Source: Gaiellales bacterium
GTDB lineage: Bacteria; Actinomycetota; Thermoleophilia; Gaiellales; JAICJC01
DNA length: 64,000 nucleotides
Reading direction: 5' to 3'
Assembly: GCA_033856675.1 (NCBI GenBank)
Contig: JAWVEN010000008.1
Location: 151,659 to 215,658, forward strand
This document shows, piece after piece, positions 1-10,764 of the stretch; positions within the stretch are counted from its first letter, which is position 1; each line of letters opens with the position of its first letter. Position numbers and translations under genes: made by a program. The notes beneath the pieces are model-generated. The model had not been told where the DNA came from, did no database searches, and saw nothing but the letters and a program-made list of their open reading frames with translations.

Positions 1-882
1 GTGCCGCAGCATCATCACGGCGGCGCCGATCATCGCCGTCGGGTTGATGGTGTCCTTGCCGGCGTACTTGGGAGCCGAGCCGTGCACTGCCTCGAAGATC
101 GCCACGTCGCTGCCGAGGTTGGCCGAAGGCGCGAACCCGAGACCGCCCACCAGCGCCGACGTCAGGTCGGACAGGATGTCGCCGTTCATGTTGGTCGTCA
201 CGATCACGTCGAACTGCTCGGGCCGCTTGACCAGCTGGTGCGCGCAGTTGTCGACGATGACGTGCCATGCCTCGATCTCTGGGTACTCGGGAGCGATCTC
301 CTCGAACGTGCGCTTGAGCATCCCCTCGGTCAGCTTCATGATGTTCGATTTGGTTGCGCACGCGACGCTCGTGCGTCCCTCGGCACGCGCGAACTCGAAG
401 GCCAGGCGCACGATCTTCTCGCAGCCCTTGCGGGAGATGATCTTGAGGCACTGGGCGACGCCGGGCGTCTGCATGTGCTCGATGCCGGCGTACAGGTCTT
501 CGACGTTTTCTCGGACGACGACAAGATCGATCCCGCGGCCCGAGTATGGCGTCGGCACGCCGGGGAACTCGCGAGCGGGCCGGATGTTCGCGTACGTCTC
601 GAAAAGCTTCCGAAGCGTGACGTTGGCGCTCTTCTCGCCGAATCCGACCGGTGTCTCCAGCGGGCCTTTCAGCGCCACGCGCGTGCGGGCGATGGAGTCG
701 ATCGTCTCCTGTGGCACACCGGACGGCAGGCCGCGCTTGAAGACCTCGGCGCCGGCCTGGCGCTCCTCCCACTCGATCGGCGCGCCCGACGCGTCGACGA
801 CTCGTCGGGCCGCGTTCACCACCTCAGGGCCGATGCCGTCGCCGGCGATGACGGTGACCGGTGTCCTTTCGTTCGCGCTCAT
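1..882 (-). CDS. icd: Isocitrate dehydrogenase (isocitrate/isopropylmalate dehydrogenase family); C-terminal end lies outside the window
   Basis: Reverse-strand translation from ATG (plus CAT 880-882): MSANERTPVTVIAGDGIGPEV...LVVVRENVEDLYAG...NLGSDVAIFEAVHGSAPKYAGKDTINPTA. Absent from the ORF track because there is no stop in the window. Track ORFs 1..1014(+) and 44..979(+) are its shadow frames. Confidence 0.9.
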   Translation of the reverse strand, partial: MSANERTPVTVIAGDGIGPEVVNAARRVVDASGAPIEWEERQAGAEVFKRGLPSGVPQETIDSIARTRVALKGPLETPVGFGEKSANVTLRKLFETYANIRPAREFPGVPTPYSGRGIDLVVVRENVEDLYAGIEHMQTPGVAQCLKIISRKGCEKIVRLAFEFARAEGRTSVACATKSNIMKLTEGMLKRTFEEIAPEYPEIEAWHVIVDNCAHQLVKRPEQFDVIVTTNMNGDILSDLTSALVGGLGFAPSANLGSDVAIFEAVHGSAPKYAGKDTINPTAMIGAAVMMLRH

Positions 883-1071
883 GAGGGCGGAGCCTATCCG
901 AGCCGCTTCGGGTGGGGTCCCAGGCGCGAGCGGTGTCCACTACGGCCGCTTTATTACGGCTGTTTATGGCATGTCTTGACTGGTGTAACTCATGGAAGCA
1001 TCACGGCAAGCTGAGCTATACGATGCCTCGATCCCACCAGCCGAAGAGTGGGCGATAGGAGGTTTCACAAC

Positions 1072-2085
1072 GTGAGTCGATGGCGCACGATCGCGCTGGC
1101 GTTGGCCGCGCTGGCGGTAGCGGGAGGGTGTGGCGGCTCCAGCGGGAGCAGTGATGACACGGGCGGGGGCGGTACGTCCGCCGCTCCGAAGGTGAAGGTT
1201 GGTCTCGTCACCGACATCGGCGGCCTCAACGACCGGAGCTTCAACTTCCTCGCCAACAAGGGTCTGCAGGACGCCGTGCAGCAGTTGGGCGTCGAAGGCC
1301 GTGTGCTCGAGTCGAAGTCGGATGCCGATTACATCCCGAACCTCGAGCAGCTCGTTACGCAGAAGTACGACCTCACGATCTCGGTCGGCTTCCTGATGGG
1401 CGACCAGACCAAGCAGGTCGCCGAGGCATTCCCGGATGCCAAGATGGCGATCATCGACTTCGCGTACGACCCGCCGGTGCCGAACATCGACGGCCTCGTC
1501 TTCAAGGAGCAGGAGGCCGGATATCTGGCCGGGTACCTGGCCGGCAAGATGACCAAGTCAGGGACGGTCTCGACGGTCGGCGGTCAGAAGATCCCGCCGG
1601 TCGACCACTACATCGCGGGCTTCCAGCAGGGTGCGAAGGATGCGAATCCCAGCATCAAGTTGCTGAACGGGTACTCGCAGGACTTCGTCGCACAGGCGAA
1701 GTGCAAGGAGATCGCCCTCGAGCAGATCGCGCAGGGCTCCGACGTCGTGTTCCAGGTCGCCGGCCAGTGCGGCCTCGGCGCCCTTGATGCGGCCAAGGAG
1801 AAGAGCGTCTGGGGCATCGGCGTGGACGCCGACCAGGCCTACCTCGGCGATCACATCCTGACCAGCGCGCTCAAGCGCGTCGACGTCGCGGTGTTCAACA
1901 CGATCAAGTCGGTCGTCGATGGCACCTTCCAGGGTGGACAGGTGATCGTGTTCGGCCTGGCCGAGGACGGAGTCGGTATCGGCGAGGTGCACTCCTCGGT
2001 GCCGCAGGACGTCCTGGACGAAGTCGAGGCACAGAAGCAGAAGATCATCGACGGTTCGTTGGCCGTCAACGACACAGTGCCGTGA
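1072..2085 (+). CDS. BMP-family ABC transporter substrate-binding lipoprotein (nucleoside/purine type)
   Basis: AGGAGG at 1057-1062, then an in-frame GTG at 1072. Signal peptide with lipobox LAVAGGC. The motif KVGLVTDIGGLNDRSFN is typical of the BMP/PnrA family. Confidence 0.85.
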   Translation: MSRWRTIALALAALAVAGGCGGSSGSSDDTGGGGTSAAPKVKVGLVTDIGGLNDRSFNFLANKGLQDAVQQLGVEGRVLESKSDADYIPNLEQLVTQKYDLTISVGFLMGDQTKQVAEAFPDAKMAIIDFAYDPPVPNIDGLVFKEQEAGYLAGYLAGKMTKSGTVSTVGGQKIPPVDHYIAGFQQGAKDANPSIKLLNGYSQDFVAQAKCKEIALEQIAQGSDVVFQVAGQCGLGALDAAKEKSVWGIGVDADQAYLGDHILTSALKRVDVAVFNTIKSVVDGTFQGGQVIVFGLAEDGVGIGEVHSSVPQDVLDEVEAQKQKIIDGSLAVNDTVP

Positions 2086-2091
2086 GATGGT

Positions 2092-3656
<1,565 letters not shown>

Positions 3657-3660
<4 letters not shown>

Positions 3661-4829
3661 GGACGGCCTGGCGGATCGCCGTGCGGTTCCAGGGCATCGT
3701 CGTGCCGGTTGCCGCCACCGTCTTGGCCTTCCTGATCGGCGGCCTGGTCGTCGCCGCGACGGGACACAACCCGATCACCGCCTACCGGGCGATCTTCGAC
3801 GGCACCGGGCTGAACTATCTGTTCCCGTGGACGACGGAGGAAGACCGCCTGTTTGCGGCCCGCAACCTCCAGCAGACGCTGATCATCTTCACGCCCCTCG
3901 TGTTCACGGCACTCGCGGTTGCGTTCGCGTACCGCTGCGGGATGTTCAACATCGGCGGCCAGGGCCAGTACTGGGTCGGGCTGATGGCAGCGCTGTACGT
4001 CGGCTCCAACTTCGAGTCGATGGGCCAGCTGCCCCACGTGTTGCTGGCGATGGTGGCCGCCGTGGCGGCCGGAGCGATCTGGGGCGGGCTCGCCGGTGTG
4101 ATGAAGGCCGTCTCCGGCGCGCACGAGGTGATCTCGACCATCATGCTGAACTGGATCGCCATCTTCGGCGGTAAGTACCTGTTCGAGCTGGGCGGGCCGC
4201 TGCAGGGCCCTGAGCCGTCCATCCCGCGCTCCGATACGGTGGTCGACTCGGGCAAGCTTCCGGCGATCTGGGGCAACCTCCAGCCCTTGCACGCCGGTGT
4301 GTTCCTGGCGCTGGTCGCGCTGGTGGTGTACTGGGTGCTGATCAACCGCACCACCCTTGGCTATGAGGTCCGCGCGGTGGGCCACAACCCCGACGCCGCT
4401 GCCTACGGTGGAATCAACGTCTCGCGCAACCAGGTGCTTGCGCTCGCCATCTCCGGGGCCTTCGCGGGGATGGGCGGAGCGACGGACATCCTCGGCTGGC
4501 AGTTCGCGATCGCGACCAACGTGTTCGACGTCGGGCAGCTTGGCTTCATCGGCATCGCGGTTGCGCTGCTGGGCCGAAGCGGCGCCGTCGGCATCATGTT
4601 CGCGGCGCTGCTCTTCGCCGGGCTCCAGGTCGGCACCTCGACCCGGCAGCTCGATCCGACCGTGTTCCCCCCAGAGCTGGCCGGCAACCTCGCGACCATC
4701 ATCCAGGGGCTGATCATCCTCTTCGTCGGCGCCGAGTTCCTGATCGTGCTGCTGTGGCGGAGAAGCGGAGGCCGCTTCGGCCGCCGTCCGCCGATCGAGC
4801 CGGAGGCTGCGCCGAAGGTGAACCTGTGA
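3657..4829 (+). CDS. ABC transporter permease (BMP/nucleoside system)
   Basis: 390-aa polytopic hydrophobic protein. ATGA-type overlap with the upstream ATPase. Confidence 0.85.
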
Positions 4830-6019
4830 CCGTGCTGGTCGGCGACGTCCGCGATCGGCCCGCCAGGTCGGCCGGCCTCGTGGGGGTGGGGCTGGGACTG
4901 CTCGCGCTCTGGTCGGCGCTGCCGCCGTTCTCGATCGCGTGGCAGGGCCTGCCGCTGGTGCTCGGCCTGGGAGGGATCGCCGCCGGCATCTGGTCGCTTC
5001 GGGAGGGAGGCGAGCGAAAGCTCGCGGTCTGGGCAATCGTGACCGCGCTCGTGGGGACGCTGACGGCGCTGTGGGCGCAAGGGGTCGACCGGGAGGCGCT
5101 CGACAACGTGGTCAACGCCGGGCTGGTCGCGGCGACGCTGCGATTCGCAACGCCGCTGGCGTTCGCCGCGCTGGGCGGCATCTTCTCGGAGCGCTCCGGG
5201 GTTGTGAACATCGGGCTCGAAGGGATGATGTTGACCGGGGCCTTCTTCGGCGTGTGGGGCTCCGCCTCCAGCGGGTCGTGGGTGATCGGCCTTCTGGTCG
5301 CGATGGTCGCCGGAGGCGTGCTGGCCGCGATCCACGCCGTGGCGTCGATCCACCTGCGGGCCGACCAAATCGTCAGCGGCACCGCGGTCAACTTCATCGG
5401 CCTCGGTGTGACCGGGTACCTGTACCGCGATGTCTACGGCGATCAGGGCACTCCGGCCGACCTCTCCCGTGTGCCCGACGTGAAGCTGCCGTTGATCGAG
5501 GACATCCCGTTCTTCGGAGATGTGTTCGGCCAGCTGAACCTGCTGATCTGGGTGATGCTGGCGCTGCTGGTGGTCTCCCACCTCGCGCTGTTCCGCACCC
5601 CGATCGGCCTGCGGCTGCGGGCCGTCGGCGAGCATCCGCGGGCAGCCGACACGGTCGGCATCCCGGTCTACGCAGTGCGGTACGCAGCCGTCATCCTGTC
5701 GGGGATGCTGGCCGCGCTCGGCGGGGCGTACATCACCGTCGGGTTCGTCGGCTCGTTCAGCGAGAACATCACAGCCGGCGCCGGGTTCATTGCGCTCGCT
5801 GCTGTGATCTTCGGCAAGTGGCGCCCCTACGCCGCGTTCGGCGCCTGCCTGCTGTTCGGCTTCTCGAACGGCCTCGCGCAGCGTCTGCAATCGGAGGCGG
5901 ACATCTCGGCGAACCTGCTCTCCACCCTGCCGTACATCCTGGCGCTGATCGCGTTGGTCGGGCTGATCGGGCGCTCGCGGCCACCGGCGGCGGTGGGCCG
6001 GCCGTACCTGAAGGACTAG
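4826..6019 (+). CDS. ABC transporter permease (second subunit)
   Basis: Start trimmed to GTG 4826, which forms a GTGA overlap with the upstream stop at 4827-4829. Polytopic membrane protein. Confidence 0.85.
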   Translation: MTVLVGDVRDRPARSAGLVGVGLGLLALWSALPPFSIAWQGLPLVLGLGGIAAGIWSLREGGERKLAVWAIVTALVGTLTALWAQGVDREALDNVVNAGLVAATLRFATPLAFAALGGIFSERSGVVNIGLEGMMLTGAFFGVWGSASSGSWVIGLLVAMVAGGVLAAIHAVASIHLRADQIVSGTAVNFIGLGVTGYLYRDVYGDQGTPADLSRVPDVKLPLIEDIPFFGDVFGQLNLLIWVMLALLVVSHLALFRTPIGLRLRAVGEHPRAADTVGIPVYAVRYAAVILSGMLAALGGAYITVGFVGSFSENITAGAGFIALAAVIFGKWRPYAAFGACLLFGFSNGLAQRLQSEADISANLLSTLPYILALIALVGLIGRSRPPAAVGRPYLKD

Positions 6020-6489
6020 GCAGCCTGGCTGCCGGCGGCGCCGCCGCCGTTCTCGCGCTTGATGAAGCTGATCTGGCCGTTTGTCTCGAGCACGGCGAAC
6101 CGCACGTCGCCGAGCGAGGCGATTCCCTGCATCCGCGCGGCGGCCCGGAGCTCGCCGTGCGTGATCCGCTCGCGTCTGAGGTTCCGGTCGATCGGACGGC
6201 CGTCCTCGACGATGACCACCGGCTCGCCATCGAGCAACGGCCGGATGGGCGGCACCCGGAAGCTGAGGTACGACACGAGCACGGTCAGCAACGCGAGCGT
6301 CGAGACGACGATCACGGCGCCGGTCACGGAGTAGTCGTCCTGGGTCACCCCCTGCTGGACGAGGTCGCCGATCACCACCAGGACGATCAGGTCGAACGGC
6401 TCCAGGGAGCTCAGCTCACGCCGGCCGACCAGCCGCGTGATCACCAGGATGAAGACGAAGATCGCGACGGTGCGGAAGACCAGATCCAT
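6016..6489 (-). CDS. DUF421/YetF-like membrane protein
   Basis: Start trimmed to MDLVFRTVAIFVFILVITRLVGRRELSSLEPFDLIV..., typical of DUF421. ATGA overlap with the upstream gene at 6487-6491. Confidence 0.7.
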   Translation of the reverse strand: MDLVFRTVAIFVFILVITRLVGRRELSSLEPFDLIVLVVIGDLVQQGVTQDDYSVTGAVIVVSTLALLTVLVSYLSFRVPPIRPLLDGEPVVIVEDGRPIDRNLRRERITHGELRAAARMQGIASLGDVRFAVLETNGQISFIKRENGGGAAGSQAA

Positions 6490-7010
6490 CAGGGATACAC
6501 CGTGAATGTCCGGTCGATTCGGGCAAGCGGCGTCGTGCCGTCTCGCAGCTCCAGATGCTGTGTGCGCCGATCGACCGTGGTCGGGTTGACCTGGTACTGG
6601 AGGTACACCACGAGCCGGCCGTCCGCCTCGACCGGCGGAAACGAGAGCTCGAGCCCGTCCGGGCCCCACTGCTCGTCGCTCGGCGAAGGCTCCACAGTGT
6701 TCAGGGTGAGGCCCTCCAGCCAGCCGTCACCGAGGATCAGCCTCGGCTGCTGGATCGCGCTCGACGGATCGATGGTGACGCGCACCTGGAAGATCACGCC
6801 GCCCCGCCCCGCTTCCGGAGAGAGCACCGACATCCGCACCCCGGGCCCGGTGGCGACCGCCTCCGTGGGCGACTGGCCGAACGTGTTCAGCAGTGCGGCG
6901 ATCGGGATCAGTGTCAGCAGCGCGATGCCGGCGCGTCTGACCCACGGCTCGCGATCGCGACCGCGGAGGTCGCGATGCCGATCGAGGTCGAGCCCCATGT
7001 CTTCGGCCAT
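6489..7010 (-). CDS. Hypothetical membrane-anchored protein
   Basis: Start trimmed to MAEDMGLDL... One TM (AGIALLTLIPIAALL) followed by a beta-rich soluble part. Translationally coupled to the DUF421 gene. Confidence 0.5.
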   Translation of the reverse strand: MAEDMGLDLDRHRDLRGRDREPWVRRAGIALLTLIPIAALLNTFGQSPTEAVATGPGVRMSVLSPEAGRGGVIFQVRVTIDPSSAIQQPRLILGDGWLEGLTLNTVEPSPSDEQWGPDGLELSFPPVEADGRLVVYLQYQVNPTTVDRRTQHLELRDGTTPLARIDRTFTVYP

Positions 7011-7234
7011 CGACCGCGATGATGCCACCGGCCTCGGACGCGATCGGCGGCGAAAGCCAGGCGCCCAGTGATGAGAAATCCCCCGAACAGGTGACGAAGA
7101 GCGACCGCGAACGGTCGATATGGGCTTTGGCCCGACTCCATCGCAATCTCGTTTGCAAACCGGGTCGACCCCGTTTCGACGTTTCACTCCCCACGGCCAG
7201 CGACCGCTCGTCCCAGCGGCGCCGGAGGTTCCCA

Positions 7235-8059
7235 ATGGAAGCAGCATTTGTGAGCGGTCCACGTCCGAGCGCCGACGCCGCGGAAGCACTGTGGCGCCGG
7301 TGGCACGATCACCAGGACACGGCCGCGCGTGACCGCTTGGTGCTGAGCTACGCGCCGATGGTCAAGTACCTCTCCTACCGCAAGATGCGCGAGTTGCCGG
7401 CCCACTGCGACGTTGACGACCTGATCTCGTCCGGGCTGCTAGCGCTGATGGCTGCGGTCGACCGTTTCGACCCTGAGAAGGGCGCGACCTTCGAGCAGTA
7501 CGCCTGGACGCGCGTGTCCGGCGCGATCGTCGACGAGCTTCGCCGGATGGACTGGGCGCCGCGCTCGCTTCGACGCTCCGGACGTTCGATCGAGCGCGCC
7601 CGCGAGCGGTGGCAGAGCCGCCACGGCCGAACACCGAACGAACAGGAGCTGTCCGGCGAGCTCGAGATGTCGGTCGACGAGCTGCGGCAGGCGTTCGACG
7701 GTCTGTCGCGTGCCGACGTGCTGTCACTGAACACGCCGACCCGTCGTGAGGATGACGCCACGGCGATCGAGGTGGGCGACACGGTGGAGGCGCCTCCCGG
7801 CATCGACGACCCGGAGCTGACGGCCCTGGCGCGGGAGCGCGCCGACGTTCTGCGGGCCGCCGTCTCCTCGCTGAACGAACGCGAGCAGCAGATCGTCCGG
7901 CTGCTCTACGTCCACGGCCTCCAGGGAGCTGAGATCGGACGGATCCTCGGTGTCTCGGAGTCGCGCGTCTCGCAGCTTCTGTCGACGATCCGGCGCCGCC
8001 TCAAGGAGCGCATCGAGGCGTACGACACCGGCGTCGAGTCGCTGTCCCGCGCCGCCTGA
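7235..8059 (+). CDS. RNA polymerase sigma factor, FliA/WhiG (sigma-28) type
   Basis: GGAGG at 7224-7228, then ATG 7235. Region 2 DLISSGLLALMAAVDRFDPEKGATFEQYA; RRMDWAPRSLRR; region 4 HTH GAEIGRILGVSESRVSQL. Confidence 0.85.
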   Translation: MEAAFVSGPRPSADAAEALWRRWHDHQDTAARDRLVLSYAPMVKYLSYRKMRELPAHCDVDDLISSGLLALMAAVDRFDPEKGATFEQYAWTRVSGAIVDELRRMDWAPRSLRRSGRSIERARERWQSRHGRTPNEQELSGELEMSVDELRQAFDGLSRADVLSLNTPTRREDDATAIEVGDTVEAPPGIDDPELTALARERADVLRAAVSSLNEREQQIVRLLYVHGLQGAEIGRILGVSESRVSQLLSTIRRRLKERIEAYDTGVESLSRAA

Positions 8060-8062
8060 CGC

Positions 8063-8305
8063 CTACCGAGGAACGCGCGGCACGCAGAGCAGCTCGAGCG
8101 CATCCCGGCCCGCAAGGCAGGCCGCCACGCGCCCGTGGGCGTCGACGACCTCCACCCGGACCGTGCCCGCGGCAGCGTCAGCGTCTATCCGAAGCGTCAG
8201 ATCGCGCTCTTCCAGACCGGCGATCAGCGATGCCGCGGCAAGGCACTCCGCTCGCACGTGGCGGGGCGGCTCAGCAGGGGCCGTGGTCAGGCGATGGTTG
8301 GTCAC
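8063..8305 (-). CDS. Small hypothetical protein with a FlaG-like C-terminal pattern
   Basis: GTG (plus CAC 8303-8305) lies 7 nt after a GGAG. High third-position GC. C-terminus LTLRIDADAAAGTVRVEVVDAHGRVAACLAGRDALELL resembles FlaG. The rest of track ORF 8063..8509 looks non-coding. Confidence 0.3.
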   Translation of the reverse strand: MTNHRLTTAPAEPPRHVRAECLAAASLIAGLEERDLTLRIDADAAAGTVRVEVVDAHGRVAACLAGRDALELLCVPRVPR

Positions 8306-8583
8306 CGAGCCGCTCCGTTTCGCTGGGGGGACAGGCCATCTGGGGTGGCTATCGGCTCGGTTCTTTCCGAGTTGAGGTTGACAGGCTATCTCTGCTTCGC
8401 GGCGGACCAGGCAACGGCCGCGGGGCACCCGTGTTGTGGTTGCGTTGAGTTCCGCAGGTAGGCCGGTCGCACCGCTAGAATGGAACCCGTCGTGTTGGGC
8501 GCGTGCCAACCCGCGAGGTGCCGCAGCAGGTTGCGATTCAGCCCTGCTGCTTCAGCGGCCGATAACGCGCACACGACACACCC

Positions 8584-9669
8584 GTGTTCCCGAGCCCGGA
8601 GCCGATGAGTACACCTGCCCGCAAGATTTCCGCTGTTCCACCTCCTGCCCCGAGGCCCGCTGTCTCGGACGAGCAGGCGCTCGACCTCTACTACTGGATG
8701 GTTCTCACCCGCGCCACCGAAGAGCGGGCACTGAATCTCTATCGCCAGGGCAAGCTGCCGGGGAGCTACTACACCGGCCGTGGCCAGGAAGCGATCTCGA
8801 TCGGCATGGCGATGCCACTTCGCCACGGCCGCGACGGCGACTGGCTCTCGCCCTGGATCCGCGACCTCGGGTCATATCTCGTCCACGGCGTCCCCGTATG
8901 GCGCATCTTCGCCCAGTTCATGGGTAAGGCGGGCTCGACGACGCGGGGCAAGGATGGCAACCTCCACATCGGCGGGGAGGAGTGGAACATCCCCTGTCAG
9001 GTGTCGCACATGGCCGACATGATCCCGCTGACGGTCGGAGCGGCGCTCGCGTATAAGCAGCGCGGTGAGGATCGTGTGGCTGTGACCTCCTTCGGCGATG
9101 GCGCGACGTCACGCGGCGACTTCCACGAGGGCCTCAACATCGCTGCCGTGCTCGAGGTCCCGGCGGTGTTCGTGGCCGAGAACAACCGGTGGGCCTACAC
9201 GACGCCGATCACGAAGCAGACCAAGGTCACCGATCTCTACAAGAAGGCGCTCGGCTATGGCATTCCGGCGGTCGAGGTGGACGGCAACGATGTGCTCGCC
9301 GTCTTCTCGGCGGTGCGCGAGGCGGTCGAGGCGGCCCGCGGAGGTGGCGGGCCGCAATTCGTCGAGTGCAAGACGTACCGCATGGCCGGCCATGCCGCGC
9401 ACGACAAGTACGAGAGCTACATGCCGATGGAGCTGCTAGCCGAGTGGTCGGACAAGGATCCGCTGAAGCGGCTCGAGCAGACGCTCCTCGACGAACGCCA
9501 GATCGATGAGCAGCGGCTCGAGACGGTCCGCACGCGAGTGCGCGACGAGGTGGCCGAGGCCGTCGAGCGAGCCGAGGCCGACGGCTATGCCGATCCGCGT
9601 GAGGCGCACCAGGGTGTATTCGCCGAGGACGGGTGGGGCGGATTCGACACGAAGGATGCCAATGGCTGA
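8584..9669 (+). CDS. Thiamine-diphosphate-dependent 2-oxoacid dehydrogenase E1 component, alpha subunit
   Basis: YRQGKLPGSYYTGRGQEA..., TPP-binding motif FGDGATSRGDFHEGLNIAA...VAENNRWA. The start could instead be ATG 8605. Confidence 0.85.
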   Translation: MFPSPEPMSTPARKISAVPPPAPRPAVSDEQALDLYYWMVLTRATEERALNLYRQGKLPGSYYTGRGQEAISIGMAMPLRHGRDGDWLSPWIRDLGSYLVHGVPVWRIFAQFMGKAGSTTRGKDGNLHIGGEEWNIPCQVSHMADMIPLTVGAALAYKQRGEDRVAVTSFGDGATSRGDFHEGLNIAAVLEVPAVFVAENNRWAYTTPITKQTKVTDLYKKALGYGIPAVEVDGNDVLAVFSAVREAVEAARGGGGPQFVECKTYRMAGHAAHDKYESYMPMELLAEWSDKDPLKRLEQTLLDERQIDEQRLETVRTRVRDEVAEAVERAEADGYADPREAHQGVFAEDGWGGFDTKDANG

Positions 9670-10645
9670 GCTGACGTATCTCGAGGCCATCCGGGCCGCG
9701 ATGCACGACGAGATGGAGGTCGACGACCGCGTCTTCGTGCTGGGTGAGGACGTCGGCATGCAGGGCGGCGCCTTCGGCGCCACCAAGGAGCTGCAGCAGC
9801 GGTTCGGCGAGCTGCGGTCGATCGACACGCCGGTGGCCGAATCGGGCATCGTCGGAGTCGCCGTCGGCGCAGCGATGGCCGGGCAGCGGCCGATCGCCGA
9901 GATGCAGTTCGCCGACTTCGTGTCCTGCGCCTTCGACCAGCTCGTGACCTGCGCTGCCAAGATGCATTACCGGATCGGCTGGGCGGTGCCCATGGTCGTT
10001 CGCTGCCCCAATGGCGGCGGCGTCGGTGGCGGGCCGTACCACTCCGAGAACGTCGAGGCGTGGTTCCACCACCATGCCGGCCTCAAGATCGTCTGCCCGG
10101 CGACGGCAACTGACGCCTATGGCCTGCTCCGATCCGCGATCCGCGACCCGAACCCGGTCGTGTTCTGCGAGCACAAGTTTCTCTACCGGCGCGTGAAGGA
10201 AGAGGTCGAGACCGGGGCCGCCAGTGGGCAGTTGGTGCCGATCGGCAAGGCGGCTGTGCGCCGTGAGGGCACGGATCTGACCATCGTCACATACGCGTCC
10301 ACCGTGCAGCTCGCGCTGGCAGTGGCCGAAACGATGGCGGCCGGCGGAGTCTCCGTGGAGGTGGTCGACCTTCGTACTCTGGTGCCGTTCGATCGCGACA
10401 CCGTGCTCGACTCGGTTCGTAAGACCGGGAAGGCGCTGATCGTGCACGAGGACAACCTCACCGGCGGGTTCGGCGGCGAGGTGGCGGCGATCATCGCGCA
10501 GGACGCATTCGAGCATCTCGATGCCCCCGTCAGGCGTGTTGCCGCCCTCGATACGCCCATTCCGTTCGCGCCCCCGCTGGAGCGTGAATATCTGCCGCTC
10601 GAGGATGACATCCTCAATGCGGCGCGCGACCTTGCCGACTACTAG
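9662..10645 (+). CDS. 2-oxoacid dehydrogenase E1 component, beta subunit
   Basis: Start trimmed to MAELTYLEAIRAAMHDEM..., 8-nt overlap with the alpha subunit's stop codon (9667-9669). Motif VFVLGEDVG..GGAFGATKEL is typical of E1 beta. Confidence 0.9.
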   Translation: MAELTYLEAIRAAMHDEMEVDDRVFVLGEDVGMQGGAFGATKELQQRFGELRSIDTPVAESGIVGVAVGAAMAGQRPIAEMQFADFVSCAFDQLVTCAAKMHYRIGWAVPMVVRCPNGGGVGGGPYHSENVEAWFHHHAGLKIVCPATATDAYGLLRSAIRDPNPVVFCEHKFLYRRVKEEVETGAASGQLVPIGKAAVRREGTDLTIVTYASTVQLALAVAETMAAGGVSVEVVDLRTLVPFDRDTVLDSVRKTGKALIVHEDNLTGGFGGEVAAIIAQDAFEHLDAPVRRVAALDTPIPFAPPLEREYLPLEDDILNAARDLADY

Positions 10646-10721
10646 ACATAGCCCCTTCAAAAGAGGGGTGTAGCGCCTGTGCTATGCGCTACGGGGTCTA
10701 ATCGTTTTGCGCTTTTGGTCG

Positions 10722-10727
10722 TATAAT
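10722..10727 (+). promoter_or_regulatory. Candidate -10 hexamer (perfect TATAAT) upstream of the diguanylate cyclase gene
   Basis: A perfect TATAAT in an AT-shifted intergenic stretch, 37 nt upstream of the GTG at 10765. No convincing -35 element. Confidence 0.3.
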
Positions 10728-10764
10728 CGCCCAAAGGCTTCGAGGGAAAAGGGGCGCGCCGAAC

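Noticed and set aside
1-1014. Track ORFs 1..1014(+) and 44..979(+), 337 and 311 aa
   Set aside because: These are Arg/Gly/Asp/His-rich nonsense frames. The opposite strand encodes a clean isocitrate dehydrogenase, so they are high-GC shadow ORFs.
8584-10645. E1 alpha/beta genes without adjacent E2/E3, followed instead by a diguanylate cyclase: is this an unusual fusion of pathways?
   Set aside because: Split 2-oxoacid dehydrogenase loci are common. A stem-loop (8523-8550) and an AT-rich gap with TATAAT separate the units. There is no evidence of functional linkage.
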